A DNA stretch of 64,000 nt from Antedon mediterranea (lineage: Eukaryota > Animalia > Echinodermata), in contig NC_092674.1 in assembly GCF_964355755.1 (NCBI RefSeq), positions 18,786,001 to 18,850,000 on the forward strand, written 5' to 3'. Below are positions 12,079 to 25,604 of the stretch, piece by piece. Under the pieces are notes generated by a model. That model was not told the origin of the DNA, ran no database searches, and saw only the letters and a list, made by a program, of their open reading frames with translations. Position numbers and translations under genes: made by a program. The stretch's first letter is position 1. The number at the start of each line of letters is the position of its first letter.

Positions 12079-13479
12079 CATATACCAAGCAATAAAATAC
12101 ATGCCTTGTTTAGGATTTATCCTTTCTGTGTCATGAAGGCTGGCCAAATAGATTCTTTATTAATTGCTAAGGCAATTTTGTCCTAAGCCAACATTCAAGG
12201 GGCTCTTCACATTGAATTGCATGTGTTAAAAGTTTAAAATAGTAATACAATGTATAAAATTAAATTTAACAGTAGATTATAGATCTACAACCCCAGGTCT
12301 GAACCAGGAAAAGATTAGTGGAAGTCACCTCGCCATCTGACCAAATAGATTCGTTATTAATTGCTAAGGTAATTGTGTCCTAAGCCTACTAGACACCCGG
12401 TCTTATAAGAACAATTTGATACAACTTTGTATGCCAGACAAGTGAAATATTGAGCCCTCATATAATATTATTCATGATGATAATTTATTGTTGAAATGTT
12501 TAATCGAAATATAACATGTATTATATATTTTCATTGTGTCAAGAATGTAATAAAATTGTATGCATACATAAAAAAATTAATTAGATTGGAATAAAGGTCA
12601 GAGTATGGTATTCTATGAATTAATGCATTCTTCATGTTTCAAGTATTATATTCTGTGAAATTTATATATTATTAGGGATGTTACTGGGTTATCTGTGTTT
12701 TATTATTATGCCATGTTTTCTATTAAACCAGATCGTGTATAGGCTTAGGTACATTAGGCATGTTACTTGCTGGTTCTCTGTCGGAAGCTAATCGTGTACA
12801 GTGTATAGGCTTATGTAGATTAGGCATGTTGCTGTTTTTGACTGACAAATATCTGTGTTCTCTCATAGATAAAAATGCAAGTATGTCAATCACATGCTAT
12901 AAAATCAGAAAAATTAATAAAGCTCTATCTAACACTATCAAACTAATTTTGATTTAAAAAAAGTGTGATGTTCCTAAATATGGTAGTGATAATATGATGC
13001 CATCATGTCCATATGGGCACACCATTTTTTGTTCGCATAAAGTTTTATATTTTAGAAAAAATAATAATAATTACATGTTTGTATGTAAGTTTGTTTGTCA
13101 TCCTTGAGTATGGCAATCGATATATTGATCAAATTGAGCTGAAAATAACATGCACTCAGTCACTCTGCATTTTCTCAAGTATTTTTCTCATTTGTATACG
13201 TGCTTTAATTCGTTTGAATATCAGTTTATGAATTATTCCTTGTTAGACCAGTGAAGCTTCATAATTTAATATTGTGTCTAATGTAATATGGATGTGTACT
13301 GTACTTGAGTAGTGATGTGTAAGGTAATCAATATTAATCAATATACGATACTAATTGATTACTTTAAGATAATGTATGTTTAAATTATTGTTTGTGAATT
13401 ACTGTTAGTGAGAATGCTTAATGAGTTGACTTGAGGCTGACTTGACTTGGGGCCGAGACGGTTTAGGGCCGAGTTGGAT

Positions 13480-14210
13480 CGAATTCTATCAAACGTATAA
13501 AGGAGGATTGTTTGACGAGATGAAAGTGAAGTCTGGTCTTTGTTTTTCAATGAAAACTGGAACCTTTTACAAGATTTGTTGGATCGATTGATAATGAAAT
13601 CAGGAAATTTGAAAGCAGATGTGCAAAGGAGAAAGATCTTGAAATTGCTACGCACGTATTATTAGAGCAGTACATTGACAGTTATAGCAACTGCTCCATA
13701 CAAAGATGGTTAAATATTGGAGAGATGGCTTTCCTAAACACCATCATTACACCAAAAGAACATTACCAACTAGAGGGAGGCATGTCTCTCAGTGTCCAAG
13801 AACGCTTTAGAGTTGAAAAAACACCATCACTTGAACCTTACGTCATTAAAGAACATAGTTTCCTCACTTGTTGTACCATAATCTGTAAAGAATGACATCA
13901 TGAAAAATTCATCGATGAAGATTTATATAAACATTTGTCAAAACCGACTTTCTATTGACATCAGTATAGTATTTGAGACCGAATGAAAGCTAAATTCAAA
14001 AGCTTTGGTACATGGATCCATAAAACAAAGATTTCAGTTGGAGATTAGGCCATTAAACTTAGTGAAGAAATACAACTATCAAGATTTCTTGTCATACAGC
14101 ATTGTCGACCAGAGTTCTTGCCAAAACTTGAAACAACGATAGGAAACTATGGATTGGCCATCATACCAAGATCTTTATTTGCTAACGATGGATCACTACT
14201 TATACCAAGT
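13480..14210 (+). mobile_element. Degenerate DNA-transposon transposase fragment, possibly Academ-like
   Basis: Broken frame ...KTKISVGD*AIKLSEEIQLSRFLVIQHCRPEFLPKLETTIGNYGLAIIPRSLFANDGSLLIP. The PRSLFA.DGSL motif is recalled from large invertebrate transposases; the family assignment is uncertain. Confidence 0.45.
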
Positions 14211-14294
14211 CTAATACCTTTGAAAGTGATGAGCAATTCAAAAAGAATGTCTACTCACACCGATGAACATTCCACTTCTAGTACTATATGATCA

Positions 14295-15180
14295 TGCATC
14301 ACATATTAGTCTTCAACTCATCAATTATGCAAGAGAAAATGACATACATTTGTATTGCCTCCCATCGCACACAACAAATTATCTGTAACCTTTGGCTAAA
14401 TCTGTTTTCCGATCATTGAAATCTGAATACAACAAAGCATGCGAAAAGTTCTTCAAGAAAAAATCCAGGCAAAGTAATAACACGGTTAAACTTTTGCAGA
14501 ATATTGAAAGACGTGTATGTTGTTTCATGCATTATGGCGAATGCTGCTATAAGCGGGTTTTCTGCAACGGGTATATATACATTTAATCCAGATGCAGTTC
14601 GCAAGATTTAAATTTTGGATTTAAAGAACAAGCCATCACAGATATATAATGCCGATGAAACCAAACTTAGTTTGGTGCACAATCTATCAAAGATTCAAGA
14701 TAGATCAAGATAGAGAACTATCCAGTGTAAAATAAGTGGAAACAGAGTGAGAATGTAATAGTGCTAGCCTGTGCAAATGCTGCAGGGTTATTTACCACCC
14801 TTGATTAATAAAGGCCAGCTACTGAGCGATTCTTTAATGCAGAATGCTCCTGCCGATTCTTTCTTTGGTGTCAGCAAGTCACTGTTCATTGATATGGAGT
14901 TGTTTGACATGTGGTTTAGAAAGTTTTTTTGTTGGTGCTCCTTTCCACCGAACACAACAAATCATCTGTAACCTTTGGGTAAATTTGTTTTCCAATCATT
15001 GAAATCTGAATACAAGAAAGCATGTGAAAAGTTCCTTAAGAAAAATCCAGGAAAAAACACGGTTCAACTTTTACGGAATATTGAAAGATGCGTATTGCTG
15101 CTACATATAAGTGGGTTTTCTGCAACGGGTATATATCCTTTTAATCCAGATGCTGCTGCTGAGTTTCTACAAGCTTCAAC
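14295..15180 (+). mobile_element. Degenerate, internally rearranged pogo/DDE_1-type transposase fragments
   Basis: SHISLQLINYARENDIHLYCLPSHTTNYL*PLAKSVFRSLK and LDLKNKPSQIYNADET...VLACANAAG match the DDE_1 motifs N.DET and LPPHTTH.LQPLD. The C-terminal block occurs twice (~14370-14600 and ~14950-15150). Confidence 0.75.
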
Positions 15181-15689
15181 TGTAGAGAACATTTTCGCGA
15201 ATAAGCCTGTTAATTCAAATTAAGTCAATCCACAGGATCAACCCTTTCATGATTCGGTTGAACAAATTGCTTATGCCCTTTCTACTGATGGTAATGCCAA
15301 CTGCAATTCCACAGACAACCCTGGGCCAAGTATGTTTATCTACTCCTCTCTACCACTCGGATGGTACTTGGTTACATTTCAACAAGAATATTTATGTTAG
15401 TGTGGTATACATTACTTTTAGCTTTTTGATTCTTTTACTTTTAATTGATTTACAGCATTTTGGAATGCTATTAAGTATTGTGTTGATTTGTTTTCGACTT
15501 AAAATGTGAATAGACACCACATTTACTCTCCATAGGGTAATCGGGAAATGCCTGTGGTCCTCTATTTGTTTATAGGATTAACCATTTTTATATACTCGGA
15601 TGCCAATAGAGACACAATTTAATACCATAGTGCGGTATTTAGGGGGAGGGGCAAGAAAACTTTAAAAAAAATTAAATCTTCCGCAAACG

Positions 15690-16470
15690 GAACAGACCTC
15701 ACAGAACGCCTTTGAGGAATTGAAAGCGCAATTTGGTGAGGTGTTTTTTGCCGGGGATCCGCTGGCTGAATTCTATGAAAGAGTCCAATATCCAGCAGAG
15801 ACTCCTTCAATATATGCCGTAGAGCTAGAAGCACTTCTGAGAGAGGTGGAAGAAAGAGTGCAACATCCAATGGTTGATGGCGACCATTATGCTGACGCAA
15901 CAGTTTATGAGGGGAGTAGGAGATGCGCATGTAACGCAGAGACTTCCTCCCATGAGACCAAGATCTATGATATTCAAAGAGGTAAAAGCAGAACTCCGTC
16001 TTATGGAACGGGAGAACAAGACTACAAAGACTGTACAACAACAGTCAAATCAAGTTGACCGTCCAGAAAAAACGAAACTATACAATTTAACAAAAGCAGT
16101 GAACGATTTAAAAGAACAGTTTACACAACTGCTGTCTATACAACAAGCCCAAGCAAGACCTGATTTCATGAGTGCCCAACAAGATGAAAATCAAGAACTT
16201 ATAAGGTGCAGAAAGTGCGGACAAGAAGGTCATATTGCCGTTGGATGCAGAATTCCGTTAAACTACAATGTTCCACGGTGGAGATGTGCACCGCGGGACC
16301 AACACCACGAGTAAGCCTTAACAAGGTAAATACTTCTAATAATGTTTCCTCTTTTCGTAGTTCTCTTATAGGAGAGCCTAATGAGGATATCGTAGAAATT
16401 AATGGCATCACCTATAGGTCGTTAATAGACTCCGGGTCCCAGGTAACATCAATTACTGAAACTCTGTAGA
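15690..16470 (+). mobile_element. Gypsy-type LTR retrotransposon gag-protease fragment
   Basis: Capsid-like ELKAQFGE...AEFYERVQYPAET...QQFMRG, zinc knuckle CRKCGQEGHIAVGC, protease motif SLIDSGSQVTSI; frameshifted. Confidence 0.85.
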
Positions 16471-18201
16471 AAGCTCATCCACAATTATGCAAACTAAATT
16501 TAAATCATCTTATTATTATATCGCATGAGGGCGGGCATTTGTGTAGGATGTGCTATGCGATTGCATTCTGTGTAGCGTGGGTAATTTATAGCGTGCTTAC
16601 TACATGTGCGTTCTTTCTCTCATTCGACTCCTTTGAAGTAACACGTCTAACGATTGTTGTCTTCAGATTTTAACATACAGCTATTTTGTCTTGGGTGTCT
16701 TTTGGAAATTGTTCTACACATTTAAGAGTCACATTTAGAGATTCTTTCAAATACTGTACTCGAGTCGAAGTTGCAGATCGTGTTTTTATCGACGTATTAA
16801 CTGTTTTTTCCATAACGAGGACATTGGTTTAATATTCAAGATAAAGCTTTCAACATCCTGACGAAAGTGAGTACGTTCTCTTGATCTTTGGCTTAGTATA
16901 ATAAAATGGTAACGACGACGTATGAGGTAAGCCTGTGCGGACATTCGTTTGTCAAAAGATTAAAATTTTAGGCATGCGCTTAGATCCAAAACTCTATCAA
17001 TAAAGTGTACAATTTTCCTCGATTTGTCTTTGTCTACGTCACCAGACATTGTTTACATTCACATCGGCGAAAATGATAGTTAGCCAAATGCTGAAACGGC
17101 ATCCCAGTTGTGTGGGTCAAACCTTTAACGATCGGGTCTTGGTCATTAATCAAAAACTTCAGTCAATTTATGCCGACGGTTGCGCGGCGGTTTTCCGTAA
17201 TCAGTGAAACCAATAAAACCAAAATACGATTTAAAGATTATTGTCAAGAAGAACTCCAGTGTAAAAATAGATAAAAACGTGTAAAGAACTTCGGGGAATG
17301 GTGTAATCCGTGTACTATAGGAGAAGAGATGTGGTTACATTACTAAAAAAATTATAGGGCGTTGATTCATGACTCATTAGCTAGATAATGGACAAAGCTT
17401 CTCCATTCCATTCTCCATTGTTGTTATAATATGGCTTTCATTGTTTTTATTGGGACTGGCCAAGTCTCTATAGCATCGTGTTACATAGGCCTAATATAAC
17501 ATAGTTAAAATTAAATGTAAACAAAATAATATATGGATTACGTACATGAAATAACCTATTATTGCTTCTTATATTTTTTTCCAAGTCGCACTAGCTAGGC
17601 ATAGTCTCAAGCACGCATTGCATAGCCCTAATATAACAGTTAAAATTAAATGTAAACAAAATAATATATGGATGTTACTGTACTTGAAATAACGTATTAT
17701 TTATTGCTTCTTATATTTTTTTCCAAGTTGCACTAGCTAGACATAGTCTCAAGCACGCATTACATAGGCCTAATATAACAGTTAAAATTAAATGTAAACA
17801 AAATAATATATGGATGTTGATACTTGAAATAACGTATTTATATTGCTTCTTATATTCTTTCTATAGTTAGATTCTACAATAGCCTCAAGTTACAACTCTG
17901 CAATGAAATATTACATACATTGTAAATGTATACATAAAATGACTTTACAAAAACACAATATAAATAAAATGTTCAAATATATATTTGCACATAAAAAGTG
18001 TAGGCCTACAAAAATCCAATGTATAATAATGAATCCCCGTAGCTAAAGTGGAACATTCGAAACGTCACCAGTCTGTTCTGGGTCAACTGTTGGTCAAATA
18101 CAATCCACGATTTAATGCAAAATGCACCCCTATTTTTTTTCGAATGAAATAACCCTTTAAAAAAAAACGGTAACTAAAATGCCCGTGATCCGTTTTTTAT
18201 T

Positions 18202-18698
18202 AGATGGAATCATTTGTTCGGCGATTTGAATATTGCTGTTCCTGAATTATTTCCAATAGTTATCGCCATGGAAGTTTGGGGCTCGGCATTAGCTAACCGC
18301 TATATCTTGTTTTTCTGTGATAATTCAGCAGTTGTTGCTGTTATCAATAAGAAACCCGCTAAAGATTTGCCGTTTTTACGACTTATACGCCGTTTGGTTC
18401 TGGTTTGCCTCCGTTACAATATACAGTACATTTCCGTGCCTCACACATTCATGGAGTCTAGAATATTTTGGCAGATTTTCTATCAAGAGGGGAGTTTTTA
18501 CGTGCTCTAAAGTCTTTTCTTGACCTTAGCCCCACTCCGTTAATTGTTCCTTCTTGTCAGATTTACATTTGGAAATTATTTTTTTTATAGGTATTGTGTG
18601 CACAGGTTCTCTGGATGCTGCTCCTCTCAATAAAGAAGCTGTATCACTGATAGAATCATCGTTGGCACCAACGACCGTTGCGGCGTACCAACGTAGTA
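18202..18698 (+). mobile_element. Duplicate of the Ngaro/DIRS RNase H-recombinase fragment
   Basis: Nearly identical to 8590-9085. Confidence 0.8.
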
Positions 18699-19514
18699 CA
18701 GTATTAGGAAACTCGCGGCCTACAGCGACAAGGTAAAGGAAACGTGTTTATGATGTTTTTAAAACGTTACAATTAAAGGTTATATAACACAAATGGTTAC
18801 AATAATGTTATTTTAACGTTTTTAAAACCCCATAAAAAGCGAAATATGTTTTAAAAACTGATATTTTAGGTTTTTAAAACTCTACAAATTAACGTTTTAA
18901 ATATGAAAAATAGCGTTTTTAAAATCAAAACAATACGTCAAAAAAACTTTATTTTGACGTTAATTTAAATATCATTATTACCTTATCTTTATGTAATTTT
19001 AACGTTTTTAAAACCCCTCAAAACACAAAATATGTTTTTAAAACTGACAATTTAGGTTATATTTACCTGTAAAAACCGTATTTAAAACATTTCAAACTGG
19101 ACAAATTAACGTTTTTAATACAAAAAATTAGCCTTTTTAAAACCATACAATCGTCAAAAAACGTTGCTTTAACGTTATTTAAATATCATTATTTCGTTAT
19201 ATATATACGTTTAAAATTTGTGTTTTAAACGTTCAAATAAAACGTTATTTCAACGTTTGCAAAACTCCACAAATTCACGTATTAAAAACGAAATATTATA
19301 ACGTTTTTAAAACCAAAAAAATACGTTAAAAAAAGTATTTTAACGTTGTTATATCTAGGAATATTACGTTATAAATACGTTCCTTCCTTCTACAATCTGT
19401 AACTTTGTTGCCCATTAAAGTAATTAAATCTAACCGCTAAACAAAGCAGAAAACGACCACCTACGGATATCCATACATTTTCAGTAAATTATTTGTTTTT
19501 TCTCATTTAGAATC

Positions 19515-21174
19515 ATGGCTGGTGTTATTTTAGAGAATCTCAGTACCAAGAAGTTGTTCGGTTTTTGTGTAATCCTGCTAATAGTTCAGATAATTTGTTT
19601 CTTGGTCGGGGGACTTATCGCACCAAAACCTACAGATGCCAATAGTCACCTGACCACCAAATGTGTAGACCCTGCCGACAACGTTCATAAATGGTTTATA
19701 CCCAACGGACCTGGAGAGTGTTCCAAAGTAGCTAACTTTGAAGAGGCAGCAAGGAAGTACATTGATGCGAATCAGATCGTTTTTTCGTTACGAATGCCAC
19801 ATAGATCGTATAATATGAGTCGTAGCTTCCAATTCATACTGACCATGCTCAGATTGGAAGCACAGTACAAGTTAACTGTTCCCGATGCACCAGAAGAAAT
19901 TACAATGTTTGTGCGTGTTGGTTACAGAGATAGTGATTATGAAGATTGGAAAGAACTTACTAGAGTAACAGAAACAAGAAAACTTGAATGTCTGCTGCAC
20001 TCGAATGAAGACGAAGGACCAGTTGACGGTGACCCGTATGATTGTGAGCCTCTACCGTTCTTTGAATTAAGCACCTGCCATCATAAGCAGTACCTAATCA
20101 ATATTCGATTACCGGTAGAATTTAACAAAGAAACCAATGAACAGAAGTACCACTAAGTTAGGCAGCATCACTGATATTTGGATCATTGAGATTCATCAAA
20201 CTGGTGGTTTTACTTTAGTATGGCTGACAATGAAGTCTGTCATGACACCTATTCCACTTGTTTTCCTCATCTGGTTCTGGCTAAGAATCTCCAAGTTAAA
20301 TCGATCGCCAGTTCTTATGGAAAAATTTGTTATGGTTCTGGGAATTTCTATTACCTTCCTAAATATACCAATTGAATGGTTCACGTTCTGGTTCAACATC
20401 CCATACATGTTGCTGATTAGTGACATACGTCAAGGAATCTTTTATGCCACGTTACTCTCGTCTTGGATCATATTTGTTGGTGAACACCTAATGGACACAG
20501 TTGAGCGAGCAAGATTGAGTGCGTACTGGAAGCAAGTCGGGACAATTGCTTTTTGTTGTTTTTGTATGTTTGTCTTTGACATGTGCGAAAGAGGAGTGCA
20601 GATTTCAAATCCATTCTTTACTTTATGGACAACAGAGACAGGCAAAAACCTGGCTATGCTATTTCTTGTTATGGCTGGGATCTGTTTCAGTGCTTACTTC
20701 CTGTTTCTATGTTTCATGGTGTGGCAAATATTCAGAAACATCAGTATTAAACGTCTGGCGCTTCCACACATGGCCAAAGCTAGACGCCTTCATTATGAAG
20801 GTTTGATTTTCAGATTCAAATTCTTCATGTTGTTCACTTTGTTATGTGCTGCCCTCACTGTAATCTTCTTCATTTTGAGTCAAGTTTATGAAGATCACTA
20901 TAAAATGGGACATGAGAAGACACTTCAGATTAGCAGCGCCTTCTTCACCGGTGTTTATGGCATGTGGAACATCTATGTGGTCACTGTCATCTTTTTGTAT
21001 GCCCCTTCACACAAGCAAGTCTCCTCTGACAATGATGACAGCAGCGAAGGGAGTCATGTGGAGTTCCAGTTGGAATCTACATCCACGACGCCAGGGTCTG
21101 ATGACCCACCGTCAGCAGCAAGAACCGACCAATCAGAGCTTAAGAACCTCCTTACAAAAACCGCTATTGACTAA
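19515..21174 (+). pseudogene. WLS: Second Wntless copy disrupted by a 2-bp deletion (ORFs 19515-20156 and 20137-21174)
   Basis: Copy 1 AAG TAC AAC ACT AAG vs copy 2 AAG TAC CAC TAA G. Also a 9-bp in-frame deletion near the C-terminus and about 9 substitutions. Confidence 0.85.
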
Positions 21175-23584
21175 AATTTGATAATAAATCAGGAAAGAGT
21201 GTTCATTGCATAACGGTACACTGTATGTTCTTATACAAAAACCGTATAAAATGTATAATGTGTCTCATACAAGTGGTCCAACTTATTATGTACACATGTA
21301 TGCAAATCACAGACTAAAACTAACTTGATAATTACATTTCTCCTTGAAAACTTGAGTATTAAATATCATAATAAAAAGTGCCAAATATATTTATTTTTCT
21401 TTATTTATAAACTTGTAAGTTTGTAAACTTGATGTAAGTTTGTAAACTTCATGTAAGTTTGTAAACTTCATGTAAGTTTGTAAAATTCATGTAAGTTTGT
21501 AAACTTCATGTAAGTTTGATTTAGTGAAAGCTGTTCTGAAAGCTAATTGTAGTTAGTAACTTTAAAGGCCCCCACCAATATTTGTATATCACGTTTATTT
21601 AAGATAACATTGAGTGTACTTAACCTAACTTGATATTTATTGTACATGATATCGTGTACTTTAGTCCACTGTTACCAGAGTAGTATACATATACCATGGA
21701 CCTAGGTCCATGCATATACCAAGCAATAAAATACATGCCTTGTTTAGGATTTATCCTTTCTGTGTCATGAAGGCTGGCCAAATAGATTCTTTATTAATTG
21801 CTAAGGCAATTTTGTCCTAAGCCAACATTCAAGGGGCTCTTCACATTGAATTACATGTGTTAAAAGTTTAAAATAGTAATACAATGTATAAAATTAAATT
21901 TAACAGTAGATTATAGATCTACAACCCCAGGTCTGAACCAGGAAAAGATTAGTGGAAGTGACCTCGCCATCTGACCAAATAGATTTGTTATTAATTGCTA
22001 AGGTAATTGTGTCCTAAGCCTACTAGACACCCGGTCTTATAAGAACAATTTGATACAACAAACAAGTGAAATATTGAGCCCTCATATAAAATTATTCATG
22101 ATGATAATTTATTGTTGAAATGTTTAATCGAAATATAACATGTATTATATATTTTCATTGTGTCAAGAATGTAATAAAATTGTATGCATACATAAAAAAT
22201 TAATTAGATTGGAATAAAGGTCAGAGTATGGTATTCTATGAATTAATGCATTCTTCATGTTTCAAGTATTATATTCTGTGAAATTTATATATTATTAGGG
22301 ATGTTACTGGGTTATCTGTGTTTTATTATTATGCCATGTTTTCTATTACACCAGATCGTGTATAGGCTTAGGTACATTAGGCCTGTTACTTGCTGGTTCT
22401 CTGTCGGAAGCTAATCGTGTACAGTGTATAGGCTTATGTAGATTAGGCATGTTGCTGTTTTTGACTGTGACAAATATCCGTGTTCTCTCATAGATAAAAT
22501 GCAAGTATGTCAATCACATGCTATAAAATCAGAAAAATTAATAAAGCTCTATCTAACACTATCAAACTAATTTTGATTAAAAAAAAGTGTGATGTTCCCA
22601 AATATGGTAGTGATAATATGAGGCCATCATGTCCATATGGGCACACCATTTTTTGTTCGCATAAAGTTTTATATTTTAGAAAAAATAATAATTACATGTT
22701 TGTATGTAAGTTTGTTTGTCATCCTTGAGTATGCCAATCGATATATTGATCAAATTGAGCTGAAAATAACATGCACTCAGTCACTCTGCATTTTCTCAAG
22801 TATTTTTCTCATTTGTATACGTGCTTTAATTCGTTTGAATATCAGTTTATGAATTATTCCTTGTTCGACCAGTGAAGCTTCATAATTTAATATTGAATAT
22901 TGTGTCTAATGTAATATGGATGTGTACTGTACTTGAGTAGTGATGTGTAAGGTAATCAATATACGATACTAATTGATTACTTTAAGATAATGTATGTTTA
23001 AATTATTGTTTGTGAATTACTGTTAGTGAGAATGCTTAATAAAAGTCTTAAGCTATTGAGACTAGGATTTTATAAGAGTATTAATTCTATACAAGTTTTT
23101 ATATGGCGCCCTACAAAAAACAGAGCGCCTAACAATACTTTTAAGTTAAGTTTTAAGTTGACGTTTAAATAGATTATAAGAGTAAGCTAATAGTTTTATC
23201 ATGGCTATGTAATACCGGTATGAAGTATGTTTATCTACTCCTCTCTACCACTCGGATGGTACTTGGTTACATTTCAACAAGAATGTTTATGTTAGTGTGG
23301 TATACATTACTTTTAGCTTTTTGATTCTTTTACTTTTAATTGATTTACAGCATTTTGGAATGCTATTAATTATTGTGTTGATTTGTTTTTGACTTACAAT
23401 GTGAATAGACACCACATTTACTCTCCATAGGGTAATCGGGAAATGCCTGTGGTCCTCTATTTGTTTATAGGATTAACCATTTTTATATACTCTGATGCCA
23501 ATAGAGACACAATTTAATACCATAGTGCGGTATTTAGGGGGAGGGGCAAGACAACTTTAAAAAAAATTAAATCTTCCGCAAACG

Positions 23585-24280
23585 GAACAGACCCCACAGA
23601 ACGCCTTTGAGGAATTGAAAGCGCAATTTGGTGAGGTGTTTTTTGCCGAGGATCCGCTTGCTGAATTCTATGAAAGAGTCCAATATCCAGCAGAGACTCC
23701 TTCAATATATGCCGTAGAGCTAGAAGCACTTCTGAGAGAGGTGGAAGAAAGAGTGCAACATCCAGTGGTTGATGGCGACCATTATGCTGACGCAACAGTT
23801 TATGAGGGGAGTAGGAGATGCGCATGTAACGCAGAGACTTCCTCCCATGAGACCAAGATCTATGATATTCAAAGAGGTAAAAGCAGAACTCCGTCTTATG
23901 GAACAGGAGAACAAGACTACAAAAACTGTACAACAACAGTCAAATCAAGTTGACCGTCCAGAAGCTAGACAATTTAACAAAAGCAGTGAACGATTTAAAA
24001 GAACAGTTTACACAACTGCTGTCTAAACAACAAACCCAAGCAAGACCTGATTTCATGAGTGCCCAACAAGATGAAAATCAAGAACTTATAAGGTGCAGAA
24101 AGTGCGGACAAGAAGGTCACATTGCCGTTGGATGCAGAATTCCGTTAAACTACAACACTACAAGTAAGCCTTAACAAGGTAAATACTTCTAATAATGTTT
24201 TCTCTTTTCGTAGTTCTCTTATAGGAGTGCCTAATGAGGATATCGTAGAAATTAATGGCATCACCTATAGGTCGAGGAAA
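23585..24280 (+). mobile_element. Duplicate Gypsy gag fragment (protease motif deleted)
   Basis: Same gag and CCHC sequence as 15690-16470, with additional deletions that remove DSGSQV. Confidence 0.8.
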
Positions 24281-25604
24281 GCTCATCCACAATTATGCAA
24301 ACTAAATTTAAATCATGTTATTATTATATCGCATGAGGGCGGACATTTGTGTAGGATGTGCTATGCGATTGCATTCTGTGTAGCGTGGGTAATTTATAGC
24401 GTGCTTACTACATGTGCGTTCTTTCTCTCATTGGACTCATTTGAAGTAACACGTCTAACGATTGTTGTCTTCAGATTTTACATACAGCTATTTTGTCTTT
24501 TGTCCTTTTGTAAATTGTTCTACACATTTAAGAGTCACATTTAGAGATTCTTTCAAATACTGTACTCGAGTCGAAGTTGCAGATTGTGTTTTTATCGACG
24601 TATTAACTGTTTTTTTCCGTAACCAGGACATTGGTTTAATATTCAAGATAAAGCTTTCAACATCCTGACGTAAGTGAGTACGTTCTCTTGATCTTTGGCT
24701 TCGGTATAATAGAACGGTAACGACGACGTGTGAGGTAAGCCTGTGCGGACATTCGTTTGTCAAAAGATTACAATTTTATTGTGAGGAATCGGAAGTTTCT
24801 GGCATGCGCCTAGATCCAGAATTCAATTCGAGTATTGTTCTATAAGGGAGGTGCTAAAGTGTACAATTTTCCTCGATTTGTCTTTGTCTACGTCACCAGA
24901 CATTGTTTACATTCACATCGGCGAAAATGATATTGGTGAACGTTCAAACGATTCAATTGTCCAAAACATTGTTAATCTCCTTAGGCTTGGTGTAGAATGT
25001 CAACATGTGCTAGTGTAACCCTCCAAATATACAAGACATAACGTCCGATAGAGGGCGGAGAGAAAAGAAAGATAAATAAGACCGAGCACATGTGTAGATA
25101 TAAGGAGTGAGAATAAAACATCCAAAACCACTATACATATTTGAAGTGTGTATTTTCATTATTGGAGTCCGGAACATAACATAAAATATCAAGAATATAT
25201 CATGTTATACTAGTTAGCCAAATGCTGAAAACGGCATCCCAGTTGTGTGGGTCACACCTTTAACGATCGGGTCTTGGTCATTAATCAAAAACTTCAGTCA
25301 ATTTATGCCGACGGTTGCGCGGCGGTTTTCCGTAATCAGTGAAACCAATAAAACCAATACGATTTATAGATTATTGTCAAGAAGGACTCCAGCGTAAATA
25401 TAGATAAAAAAACGTGTAAAGACCAGCGAATGAGCGATTCTTTAATGCAGAATGCTCCTGCCGATTCTCTCTTCGGTGTTTTGTTGGTGCTCCTTTCCAC
25501 CGAACACAACAAATCATCTTTAACCTTTGGGTAAATTTGTTTACGTTTCAGTAAAAGTACATTTTGGAGTGGCATATCATTGATTTAGGAGACATATTTC
25601 ATTT

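Larger units (their letters stand above)
8061..17287 (+). repeat. Tandem segmental duplication, unit 1 (contains the intact WLS)
   Basis: Near-identical to 17673-25421 at an initial offset of 9612. Unit 1 has 13423-15327 in place of unit 2's 23041-23222. Confidence 0.95.
17673..25421 (+). repeat. Tandem segmental duplication, unit 2 (contains the frameshifted WLS)
   Basis: Co-linear with 8061-17287. It is preceded by a unique junction (~17288-17480) and extra ~140-bp repeat units (~17480-17672). Confidence 0.95.

Noticed and set aside
8061-25421. Duplicated unit as a Helitron or Pack-type element carrying WLS
   Set aside because: No TC start, 3' hairpin-CTRR end, TIRs or TSD could be found at the unit boundaries.
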